Shown here one piece after another: positions 11,001 to 19,900 of a stretch of 43,915 bases of DNA. Location: positions 1-43,915 of the forward strand of contig JWZX01002646.1 of the NCBI GenBank assembly GCA_001275005.1, given 5' to 3'. Numbering within the stretch: the stretch's first letter is position 1; each line of letters starts with the position of its first letter. Below the pieces are notes generated by a model, which saw nothing but the letters and a program-made list of their open reading frames with translations, ran no database searches and had not been told where the DNA came from. This DNA comes from Chrysochromulina tobinii. Taxonomy: Eukaryota. A program made the position numbers and the translations under genes.

Positions 11001-11557
11001 CATGCCAAGGGCGCCTGCACCTCGCCTCCGTCGGCGACTCCCGCGCAGTGCTCGCCTTCCGTAACGCCTTCCGTAACGGCGGCGGTGCGCTTGGTACGGC
11101 GCGTCGGCTGACCACCGACCACACACCCGCTCTCCCCTCCGAGCTCGATCGGATCGTCGGGGCCGGTGGTTTCGTATCGCGAGGGCGTGTGGCGGGCATC
11201 CTCGCCGTCTCACGCGCCCTGGGCGACCTCGAGCTCCAGCCGTACGTGTCGCCCGTGCCCGAGGTGAGCGTCGTCGACCTTCGCGACGAGGCCAGCGCCG
11301 TGGCGGCCGATTGGGGCAGCGCCGCGGCCGATGAGCCACCGCCGGCCCCGGTGCTCGTGCTCGCGACCGATGGAGTGTGGGGCTGCCTGACCGATGACGA
11401 GGCCGCCGCTATCGCCACCGCCCATGAGGACCCGCAGGCGGCCGCGGAGGAGCTCCTCGAGGAGGTCAGCAGGCGCGGCGGCAGAGACAATTCGTCCGTC
11501 ATTGTCGCGGCGTGGCCTGCCGACTGGTCAACCATGCGACATGATGGCCAATTTTAA
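8087..11557 (+). CDS. PP2C/PPM family Ser/Thr phosphatase with a long low-complexity N-terminus
   Basis: Motifs in order: GPRGTMED, AVFDGHNG, GTTALV, ASVGDSRAVL, LTTDH, LAVSRALGD, LATDGVW, GRDNSSVIV. The first ATG is at 8087 (the ORF track starts at a GTG). In-frame introns are possible. Confidence 0.85.
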   Translation: MRRGTPSLDDEVEESIELAHDEDEGTPSNLVTTRHTRSHYDLHNRKSGGISARHATREIHGHTATRVPLQPRVSTPPCPPGSSLGGSGGVAGASGAGRHSCGSCSSLTSSATPACASSGQHSARRAGGNRPPLQPTRELRVEPTTRELRVEPTRELRVGKGVAPAATTRVFSQLPNSPVRRLVGASRSEMANYGMAPPSPEGFLEGSVPGSPCAPGSPGPKGAIGASRSEAVHSAIGWHGADEHGDHGDHEDGYGPAPDDELPGGAHDGADVEERPISDDRVRSGHRHGPWYLPESFAADPHGQLDLARLPGVGSRGADGYSRGRMSAVSAYDEIEEDIELDEHFGGGGGGRASSFNRASSVNSSVHSNSPAHTPSLIPATPTNRLRHADDLVTRDGKYLNPHGGGQGGGQGGGQGGGPARGSRRSSAAGEGAAQRESGVSPQDGDVAEVPGLEEGADAPPPAVVRASSADDFDAQSDSRGAVPGVADSQGLNLTAPPALLRAQLASVRRPPPAKEAYPTGEAAAAEAAEAAASKEEAAEEAAEEAAEEAAEEAAEVEAAIAAATHRAQHGASLDDESSEVLMMALMLDAGASPVRRAGGRSSSSSSRHITAAEVDTAEAAFEAHLSQAHLSTQAHLTATPTPSAGAASPDTARDKGDEDALARRQALAAARALEEALEASAAGGGLRLGVALGRGPRGTMEDRVQLQPLAPPPLPPSPTRAVLGAGRAPTAGGAADAAALDAAPAAYLAVFDGHNGAAVAHSASTGLHLYLKRRLLANSRAHFAAAEASRRGLDSDGETPALPLSASGLSEALAGAFCDFDRWLHANARPSSGRHPPPGGAETALGGAAEGAVLSAGHESAGVGAADGFEPGVHADVEGEHADVEPLERLERLESWSRSRRGAHDDASAHGDAEGAASPTTARVREAALHALQMQEHLAAEEAATVATHASHPGASHPAHGGGTTALVCVTCQGRLHLASVGDSRAVLAFRNAFRNGGGALGTARRLTTDHTPALPSELDRIVGAGGFVSRGRVAGILAVSRALGDLELQPYVSPVPEVSVVDLRDEASAVAADWGSAAADEPPPAPVLVLATDGVWGCLTDDEAAAIATAHEDPQAAAEELLEEVSRRGGRDNSSVIVAAWPADWSTMRHDGQF

Positions 11558-11898
11558 GGCCGCGCGCGCGCGTAGGAACTTGCTTACTCCAGCGTCGAGT
11601 TCAAGGTGCTTGATGTCAAGGTGACCACCTGACCGCTGGCACCTGACCGTACGACCGAAGACCGAAGTGCGACCGATATGACACACGTCCCGCCCCTGGT
11701 GTACGCAACACCACCAAAACAAAGACTCTCAGGTCTCGTTGTGTACTTTTCGCCCTTGAAGGTCGACCGTTTTGGAAGACTTAGCCGTTTTGGCAGCTAC
11801 TGTGCGCTCGGTTTCTCCGGCCTATTCCTGACGGTGGCGTCTGCGTCAGTCCGTCCGGAGCTCGTCCTGGTGGCGCCAGTGGCGTCTGTAACAGTAGC

Positions 11899-14127
11899 AT
11901 GTCGCTTTCCGCGCTGGCAGACGCCTTGCGCACCCTACCGGCCCTGCCGATACACCGCAACCGATCCGGCTCTAATGAGAACAAGCTGCAGCCAGACGTG
12001 TTTGTGGGTTCGGCGCCACTCTCGATCTCTGCATGCGTGCATGACGCGGCCCTCAATCCTGACGCGCGCCCACGGCCGACACGCTCGTGGGTCTCGGAGG
12101 ATAAGGACCCAGGCTTGAATCCAGATCTCAAACAGAATGTTGGTGCCCGAGTGGCACTGGCCCGTGGCCGTCCTGCCCTCCGAAGAGCGGCCTCAACGCC
12201 ACGCTCCGGCTTGGCTGCGGAGGAACGCCGTGCGTTGCTAGGCTTGAGCGAGACTGACGGGCCGGATGCTCGGAGCTACGACTTTCCAAGCCCGCCCTCT
12301 CGCGTCAACGTCTACCAGAACGATCCTCAGACCCGTTTAGATACGTGGAAGATCCAGAGTCGATGGATAGCAGATCAGGAGGCTCTATGCAAGCAGCAGG
12401 CTGCCCAAAGGAACGAGGAGGATGCTCGTACGACCACTCCTACGAGGATCCACGAGATCGACGCACGGATTGACTGGATTGATCATGCCATCGCACAATT
12501 AGAACAGTCGTTGCCGCTCAAGGACGAGCTCAAGGACGAGCTCAAGGACGAGCTCAAGGACGAGCTCAAGGACGAGCATACGGGAGCTTCGACCCCATCC
12601 AGCGCCCTCGAGTCGACTCCCGAGCTCCGGAGCGAGTCGGTCGCCATCGCTGACTGGCCTCTCGTCGCTTCAGCGAAGGCTCTCTGGCAAGCCAAGGCGA
12701 CCGAAGCACCGCATCTCACAGCGCCGCAGCGCTCATATTGCTGGGAAGCGCCTCAGCGCGTGGCGGCGCAGCGCGTGAAGCGCGTGGCGGCGCAGCGCGT
12801 GAAGCGCGTGGCGCCCCAACGCGTGGCGACGCAGCCCGGGGGTCCACCGGTGCCCCTCAAGCGCCGGAGCGTCTCTTTCTCTCGCGTCGAGTCGTACTAC
12901 TACGATAAGGACGCAGCGCCTAACGAGCATGGCCAGCGTATCGAGGACAGCTCCTTGGCCACGGGTGCCGGAGGCGACACGGGGGTCATCGAGTTAGCAG
13001 CTCCGGTGAGACCCATCTTAAAGATGAATAGCGACGACCCGCCCTCGCCGTCCTCGGTGATGGACAACTGCATCGACGACGATCTACCTTCGACCGGCCG
13101 TTCGTCCACATCGACCACCTCTCCACGGCTCTGCCCGTCACGAGAGGCGGCTGCCCGAGAGTGGCAGAGCCGCGGAGAGGTGGTGGAGACGGCCGCCATC
13201 CCAATGTCCGAGATTCGTCACCGCTTCGAGGCGACTGCCAGAGACTCGCCCGGCGAGCCCTGCCTAACAGAGCGTGCCCGACGATGCTTGCCGCCATGTC
13301 CAAGGGAGCTTCCACCGGTGCCGCCGCCGTACCGTCTCACGCAGACGCTGTCGCCTCAACCGCCGGCAGCCCATGCTCTGCGAGCGATGCCCGATGTCTG
13401 CTCGCCGATGCTCGAGCAGCCGGACGCACCGGCACCGCAGGAGCTGGAGCATGCAGTGGAGATGCCGCTACCAGGGAATGAAGTGCATCATCACTCGACA
13501 CAGGCGCCGCTGCCACCGATGCTGCTGATCGAGGCGCGTTGGCCTGGCCCCGACCCTTTCGCCTCGGCCACGCCTCGGCCGACCCTGTTCATGCGCCGGC
13601 CTGCGGGTCTCCTCGTAATCCTCCTCATGCTCCTCGGCGCTCGGTGCGCGCTGCGGCCGGTGGCAGTAATCTTGTCCGTTGCGTCGCCGCCACAGTCGCC
13701 ACCGCTCATGCCCAAGGACGGCGGCATGGGAATCGATCCCGCGCGGGAGCGCGCGAAGGCGCTTGAAGCCGCTTTGCTCGAGCGTGCCGCCAGTATGAGC
13801 AAGGATCAGGAGGCCTTCTTCCATGCCCTTCGAGTCGAGCGCGCGGCACTCCAGGTGGAGAGGGAGGAGTTTCGCAAACACCTGGCCCTGCTCAAAGCGG
13901 CGCCAACTCAGAAGCTCCGGGCACCCCCGGCGGAAGCGCTCGGCACGCCGCCGCCGCTCCCGCCCAATGCCAACGTTACCGCAAGGGCGCACAAGGCAGT
14001 ACATTGGCTCGGTGCAGCCCTCGCCAAGATGAAAGTCAAGTCAAGGCTCAGGGCGGCGGCACGCTCGGTGCAGGCGCTTACGCATCGCTGGACAATAGCG
14101 GCAGCGGGATGGAATTTTGTGGGGTGA
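11899..14127 (+). CDS. Hypothetical protein, Pro-rich, with one predicted TM segment and a C-terminal coiled coil
   Basis: 742-aa ATG ORF with a hydrophobic segment GLLVILLMLLGA..VAVILSVA. No recognisable enzyme motif. Confidence 0.55.
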   Translation: MSLSALADALRTLPALPIHRNRSGSNENKLQPDVFVGSAPLSISACVHDAALNPDARPRPTRSWVSEDKDPGLNPDLKQNVGARVALARGRPALRRAASTPRSGLAAEERRALLGLSETDGPDARSYDFPSPPSRVNVYQNDPQTRLDTWKIQSRWIADQEALCKQQAAQRNEEDARTTTPTRIHEIDARIDWIDHAIAQLEQSLPLKDELKDELKDELKDELKDEHTGASTPSSALESTPELRSESVAIADWPLVASAKALWQAKATEAPHLTAPQRSYCWEAPQRVAAQRVKRVAAQRVKRVAPQRVATQPGGPPVPLKRRSVSFSRVESYYYDKDAAPNEHGQRIEDSSLATGAGGDTGVIELAAPVRPILKMNSDDPPSPSSVMDNCIDDDLPSTGRSSTSTTSPRLCPSREAAAREWQSRGEVVETAAIPMSEIRHRFEATARDSPGEPCLTERARRCLPPCPRELPPVPPPYRLTQTLSPQPPAAHALRAMPDVCSPMLEQPDAPAPQELEHAVEMPLPGNEVHHHSTQAPLPPMLLIEARWPGPDPFASATPRPTLFMRRPAGLLVILLMLLGARCALRPVAVILSVASPPQSPPLMPKDGGMGIDPARERAKALEAALLERAASMSKDQEAFFHALRVERAALQVEREEFRKHLALLKAAPTQKLRAPPAEALGTPPPLPPNANVTARAHKAVHWLGAALAKMKVKSRLRAAARSVQALTHRWTIAAAGWNFVG
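12517..12576 (+). repeat. 12-bp coding tandem repeat (CTCAAGGACGAG)5 encoding LKDE x5
   Basis: Five exact copies read directly. Confidence 0.9.
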
Positions 14128-14530
14128 GCCACGCGTTCGAGGAGTCGCTCATGCGAGAGGTATGAATCTGCAGCGCCTTGCATGTCGCGCGGGGAGAGGG
14201 AGGGAAGGGAAGTGGCCTAAGTCTGTCAGTGGCTGAGCATAGAACGCGGGCGAGCAACGCGATAGCTACGCGAGGAGTGAAGAGACTCTCGCGGGGAATC
14301 CGAGAGGGCCGATGCGATTATAGCCCGGCAATCGGATGATCGCCCTTGATGGGGGAAGGGGGAGGGGATGCGCAACTGGATGTTAAAAGTGAACTGCAAA
14401 CTCGTTGTGTGGTGACCCTGGGGTACGCATGTGGGCTTGTTGGGCATGGGGTACCGTACCGTACGTTCACAAACGATGCGCGATGGCTGCAGAACATCAA
14501 CTTTGGGCATCCCACGTCGCTCGAGTGTTG

Positions 14531-14588
14531 AACATTCACAGACGTAGGCATCATTCACACTTGCGAGAAAAGAAAACCGCTCGGTTTT
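14531..14588 (+). promoter_or_regulatory. Putative upstream regulatory block, copy A (paralogous to 15755-15828)
   Basis: AACATTCACA..TAGG.ATCATTCACACTyGCGAGAAAA...CCGCTCGGTTTT is shared with the region upstream of the gene at 15862. Confidence 0.55.
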
Positions 14589-14649
14589 AGCACGCGGGCT
14601 TAAAGTCAGAAAGCGATCGCAAACACACGAGCACACTCGCCGCGGAAGA

Positions 14650-15402
14650 ATGGCGCACAACCACAACCACATCAACAGCGCTAACAAGGCGGCCTTGGCA
14701 ATGAAAGACGAGACAATCGCACACCTCATCCAGCTGCTCAGCGACAAGCAGGCCGAATACAAGACAGCCTTGGCTAAGAAAGATGAGACCATCGAACGCC
14801 TCATCCAGTTGCTCAGCGACAAGCAGCTGCGCGACGCACCGGCCGGTGCGCCTGCAACGAGTGGCTTTTCATTCGCTGCGCCATCGGCTACTACGCCTGC
14901 GACAAGTGGCTTTTCATTCGCCTCGCCGTCGGCTACGACGCCTGCAACAAGTGGCTTTTCATTCTCTAAACCTGCGGCACCGGCCGCAGCCCCTGCAACA
15001 AGTGGCTTTTCATTCGCTGCGCCGTCGGCAGTTAGCTATCCATTCGCTAAACCTGCGGCACCGGCCGCCGCGCCGTCGGCTACGACGCCTGCAACAAGTG
15101 GCTTTTCATTCGCTAAACCTGCGGCACCGGCCGCAGCCCCTGCAACAAGTGGCTTTTCATTCGCTGCGCCGTCGGCAGTTAGCTATCCATTCGCTAAACC
15201 TGCGGCACCGGCTGCGGCCCCGTCCACTAGTCCCTTCGTGCAGGGTTCACACCCGGGTGTCTCGTGCGACCGCTCGGGCATGATGCCGATAGTGGGCATG
15301 CGCTACCACCTGCGCGGGTACGACTACGACCTGTGCCAGGCGGAGTACGATAAACTGAGCGAATTCGAGAAGTGCCAGTACGAGGCGATGGCGCCCCATT
15401 AG
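14650..15402 (+). CDS. Protein with a duplicated coiled-coil segment, six SGFSF (nucleoporin FxF-like) repeats and a C-terminal degenerate ZZ zinc finger
   Basis: ALAxKDETIxxLIQLLSDKQ occurs twice and PATSGFSF six times. HPGVSCDRSGMMPIVGMRYH...YDLCQAEY is a ZZ-type variant. Confidence 0.75.
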   Translation: MAHNHNHINSANKAALAMKDETIAHLIQLLSDKQAEYKTALAKKDETIERLIQLLSDKQLRDAPAGAPATSGFSFAAPSATTPATSGFSFASPSATTPATSGFSFSKPAAPAAAPATSGFSFAAPSAVSYPFAKPAAPAAAPSATTPATSGFSFAKPAAPAAAPATSGFSFAAPSAVSYPFAKPAAPAAAPSTSPFVQGSHPGVSCDRSGMMPIVGMRYHLRGYDYDLCQAEYDKLSEFEKCQYEAMAPH

Positions 15403-15638
15403 GTCAAGGTGCTGACATTGAGTGATAATAAGTCAGTACAGTCAAAGTAAAACACGCCTAATGGCAGTGCCGACATTGACTACGGACTTTGGCCTTATTG
15501 ACCCGAAAAAGGAAACCCCCATCAATCGACATAAACAACCCAGTATATATGTAGCGTCAGCATGGCCGCAGTGGCCCGAACAACCAAACCACATGAGCAC
15601 CATAGTGTCCAGCAACAGTGATGAACATCCATGGAACG

Positions 15639-15702
15639 CTGGCTCCATCTCCTGGAATTCCTAGATCTCTCATTCATTTCCGGTAGATTAAAGTGAAAAC
15701 AG
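15639..15702 (+). repeat. Direct repeat R1 (pairs with R2 at 16709-16783)
   Basis: CTGGCTCCATCTCCTGGAATTCCTA-GATCTCTCrTTCATTTCCGGTAGATTA...GAAAACAG is present twice. Confidence 0.9.
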
Positions 15703-15754
15703 AGAGAGATTTGAAACTGATGAATGTTTGATACGTTTTGGTGTCGTGAGAATA

Positions 15755-15828
15755 AACATTCACATTAGGAATCATTCACACTCGCGAGAAAAAGCGTACC
15801 GCTGATCTACCGCTCCCCGCTCGGTTTT
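15755..15828 (+). promoter_or_regulatory. Putative upstream regulatory block, copy B
   Basis: Paralogous to 14531-14588 and followed by the same GAATGGCGyACAACCACAAC start context. Confidence 0.55.
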
Positions 15829-15861
15829 CTCCGGCCTCCTGTCCGCTCGGAATATCGGAGA

Positions 15862-16173
15862 ATGGCGTACAACCACAACAACAGCACCATGGTGAAGAAC
15901 ATCCATGGAACGAGTGATGAACGGTACAAGATAGGCAACTTGCACAAGAAGTTCATGAGTGCGGGTGGCACGGACAGCATGTGGTGCCAGGTCAAGGGGT
16001 GCTGCAATGAAGGGGGAGCTACCGCGCATGTCATCAAGACTGACGGGCGCTCGGCGAATGATTGGTGGCTGTGCTGGGTCTGTGCCGAGCACAACAACCC
16101 TCACAACGAAGAGCCTTATGCGCTTCGCAAGAATGCCAAGCTGATCTCTGTTCGTCAAATCACGGGTAACTGA
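15862..16173 (+). CDS. Small Cys/His protein, His-Me finger (HNH)-like
   Basis: 103-aa ATG ORF with VKNIHGTSD...CQVKGC...ATAHV...WWLCWVCAEHN. This resembles the AH...CxxHN arrangement of ββα-Me folds. Confidence 0.65.
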   Translation: MAYNHNNSTMVKNIHGTSDERYKIGNLHKKFMSAGGTDSMWCQVKGCCNEGGATAHVIKTDGRSANDWWLCWVCAEHNNPHNEEPYALRKNAKLISVRQITGN

Positions 16174-16708
16174 AGCTGATGCCAAATTGCCTGGCGTGGG
16201 TTAGCTCACGCAGTGCGGGTCGGGGGCACGCAACTAGCCGTGTAGCTCTACATAATCGTTATTCGTCCAAATACTTAGAAGACGGACGTTAGAGTCGCGC
16301 AAGTTACGACTGGGCGCAGCCAGGGGCGAAGTCGGGCACTGCAAATTGCAGATCGACTAGCCTTCCAGGCCAGTGCGAGGCACTGCGCTGAAGCTCGTGC
16401 CGGAAACGCGCGGACTTGGCAGAAGCAAGGCTGTGGCCGGCAGCGCTTTTCGTGGAGCGTGCCATGGTGCTCGACCGATGCGTTTCGCGAGCACGCTGGC
16501 AGTCTCCCTTGCCCAGCGGCCCTCTTACGGCCCTCTGGTACTGGACGGGGCTGGCCAGAATGCAGGCCAATGAGCAACACAACGCGGAAGGACCAACTAG
16601 CAAAGGAGCCATAATGTGGCCGACACAACCCGTTAAACACAGGCCGTTAGTCGTGGGGGAAGAGTCAGGTGTGCCAGACGCGAAAAGAGTGACAACCCCC
16701 TTGAACCC

Positions 16709-16783
16709 CTGGCTCCATCTCCTGGAATTCCTACAGTACATGTAGATCTCTCGTTCATTTCCGGTAGATTACATAGAAAACAG
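16709..16783 (+). repeat. Direct repeat R2, with an 11-nt insertion relative to R1
   Basis: Matches 15639-15702 apart from CAGTACATGTA at 16734-16744 and a few substitutions. Confidence 0.9.
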
Positions 16784-16908
16784 CCCTTCTCTTTTCCTTA
16801 TTCATTCTTGCACACTATTCATACGTTCTGGTGTGTTGTGAAGAGGAACCCTTCACAGCTTCTGCTTTTTTCGCCTTGAACGCTCGCCGCAAGGCCGGCG
16901 CCGGCTCG

Positions 16909-19900
16909 ATGATGAGCATCGAGCATCTGACAACATCGCAGTTGCAGGCCATCCTCTTCACACGCGGCATCGAGCTGCCGGCGGTGACGCAGCCGCTCCC
17001 GTTCTACATACAAAAGGCCAAGGACGTGGGCGTCACGGAGGTGCCTCTCTTGGATCTGGCCACTCTCAAGCCGCCGCCTGCTGCTTCGACGCAGAGCAGC
17101 GCCAGCAGCAGTGCCGCCATGATTAAGATGACGGCGTCAGCGTCCGGGCGGGTCGTGCTTGAGCGGTTGCTGCTCCATCGTCGCGACCACCTGCTGCTGG
17201 GCGCGCTCTGCGCATGGCAGATGAGCGTGCAGGCCAAGATAGCAGCCGACACGCTCTATGAGCGACTCATGGTGCGGTACGAGCACGAAGCGTCCCTCGA
17301 GGATCGGGTGGAGGAGATCGAAGGCTCGCTGTCGCCGATGAAACGAGGAGCGGCTGCCGCTGCGGTGGCGGAAGCGGAACAGCGGCACGTAGCTGCTCTA
17401 GAAGCGCTCCGTTCCGAAGCTGAGGTGGAAAAGGCAGCGGCGCTCGCTGCTGCTGCAGCAGAGGCCAGGGCAGAGGCCGAGGCGCGCGTGGTCGAGGCGA
17501 CAGCCACGGCGCAGTCGAGGACGGCCGCCGCAGAGTCCCAACTGGCTGAGATGGTGGCCAAGGCGGCAGCCGAGGTGGCGGCAGCCGAGGTGGCGGCAGC
17601 CTCCAATGCCGCTGCCACCACCGAGGCCGCGATCGCCGCCGCCAAGGCGGCGGCCGAGGCCGCGCAGTCTGAGCTCGAGAAGCTGCGCGAGAGCAGTGCC
17701 GCAGCGGCGGCGCGCGAGGCCGCGCTCGCAACGGCACTCGAGGAGGCACGGCAGCAGGCGGTACGGCAGGCGGCGCAGCTGAGCGCCGAGCTGAGCGTGG
17801 CAGTCGAGCGCGCCGACGCCCACGCGGCCCAACAGCAGGCGCTCGTTACGGCGCTCGAGACCCAGCAGAAGGCGAGCGCGGCCGCGCTGGCGGAGGCGGT
17901 GGAGGCGGCGGTGGAGGCGACGCGAGCGCAGGAGCAGAGGGCGGCGATGGCGGCGCTAGAGACGAAACTCGAGCTGGCTCGGCAAGAGCACGCGAACGCC
18001 GTCTCGAGCGCTCAAGCCGCTGCTCTGGCTGCAGCGCTCGAGACGGCGCGTGTCGACACGCAGAGGGCGGTTGAGCTTGCGGCCGCCGAGGCGGCGCGTC
18101 GCGCTGCCGAGCAGGCGAGCGCTGTGGCGAGCGCGCAGCAGGAGGCGGCCGTGGCGGCGGCCGTGGCGGCGGCTATTGAGAAGGTCGAGAGTCGGATGCG
18201 TGAGGAGGCCATCTCGGAGCAATCTCGGATGCGTGAGGAGGCGGCCGCAGCGGCGGAGGCCGCGGCGGAGGCGGCGGAGGCGGCGGCCACCGCGGCCGCA
18301 GCGGACAAGAGCGCAGCGCTCGCGGCAGCGGCGGCAGTAGCCGATGAAGAACGCCGCGCTGCGGTGGGCGCTGCGGTGGAGGCAGCTGTGGCTGCGGCGA
18401 TGGGCTCCGCCGAAGGCGCTGTCGCCGCGGCCGCGACGCAGGCGAGGATAGAAGCTATCTCGGAGCAATCTCGGATGCGTGAGGAGGCAATCTCGCAGGC
18501 GAGGATAGAGGCGGCGCAGGCGCAGGCGCAGGCGGCGGAGGCCCAAGCAGAGGCCAGCAGCGCTCGAGCGGCGGCGCAGGCGGCGCAGGCCGATGCAGCA
18601 GCTGCGCTGGAGCGCGCGCGCACGGCAGACGAGACACTGCGAGCCGCCCAGGACGGCGCCCAGGCAGCGCGCGAAACCGCCGAGGATGCGCAGCTCGCGG
18701 CCGAGAATGCGCAGCTCGCGGCCGAGGTCGCCCTTGAGAGCGCCGAGGCGGCGCGCGAGAGGGCCGAGGTGGCGCGGGCGCAGGCGCAGAGCCATCTGGA
18801 CGCGGCAGTGGCTGCCCAGCAGGCGGCGGCCGCGGAGCACACGCTTGCGCTCGCAGCCTGGCAAGCACGCGAGGCGACGCTCGACACGGCGCTCGCGGCG
18901 GCACTGGAGCGTGTGGGCGAGCTCGAGAGGCAGATCGAGAAGCAGGCGTTGGAGCACACCCAGCAGCACAGGGTGCTTCTCGAGCAGGAGCAGCAGCAGC
19001 AGCAGCAGCAGCTGGCAGCGGCGCTGGCGCAGGTGGAGGCGGCGCAGGCTCAACTGGCAGTTGCAAGGGAGGAGGCACAGGCGGCAGCAGAGGCCGCGAC
19101 GGCGAAGCGCCTCGTGACGCTTGCTGAGCAACTCGCCGCAGCACAGGCGGACACGGACGCAGCCAAGGCCGAAGCGATTGCCTCGGCCGAGGCGGCCTCC
19201 ACCGCTGCCGCCGAGTTGCAGCAGCTCAAGGAGGCCGTGTGCGAGCAGAACCGAGGGCCGGCAGTGGGGGTGACGACGGCGGAGGTGCAGTCGGCGGCGG
19301 CTGTCGCAGCCGAGGCACGGGCGGCGGCGGCCGAGGAGCGTGCTCGTGTGGCTGAGGAGCGGGCGAGTGCGGCTGAGGCGGCTGAGGCGGCCGGCGCATT
19401 GCTCGCCCAGGCGCATTGCGACCTCGACCTCGACCTCGACCTCGGCCAATCTCGACCAATCTCGACCAATCTCGACCTCGATCTCGCCCAGGCAAGCCTC
19501 ACGTCGCCGCAAAAGGAAGCCTCCGCCAAAAGTCGAATCGAAGCCGAAGTGGTTCGGCGAGTGGAGGCCGAGGTGACGAAGCGCATGGCCGAGATCGAGG
19601 TCGAGATCGAGGCCGAGGTGACGAAGCGCACGGCCGCGGCCGAAGCGATCGCCTCATTTCACGCGGGCTCGGCGTCAGGCCCGGCGCCCGGCACGGCGCG
19701 CCACGTCGCGGCCATGACGAGCGCCGGGTTGGGCGCCGAGCTGCGCGCCAGCTCGCGCGCGCGCCAGGCCGCCATCGGAGCATGCCTACGCTCGGTGCTC
19801 CGCGCGCCCGAGCTGCACGCGCTGGGGGCGAGCCTCGCTCGCTGGCGCGTGGGCGTCGAGGAGCTCGAGGCGAGATTGGGACGATCTCCACGGGAGATGA

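Noticed and set aside
9046..11535. Long antisense ORFs over the PP2C gene (312, 280 and 514 aa)
   Set aside because: Low-complexity shadows caused by stop-codon scarcity at high GC. They have no motifs.
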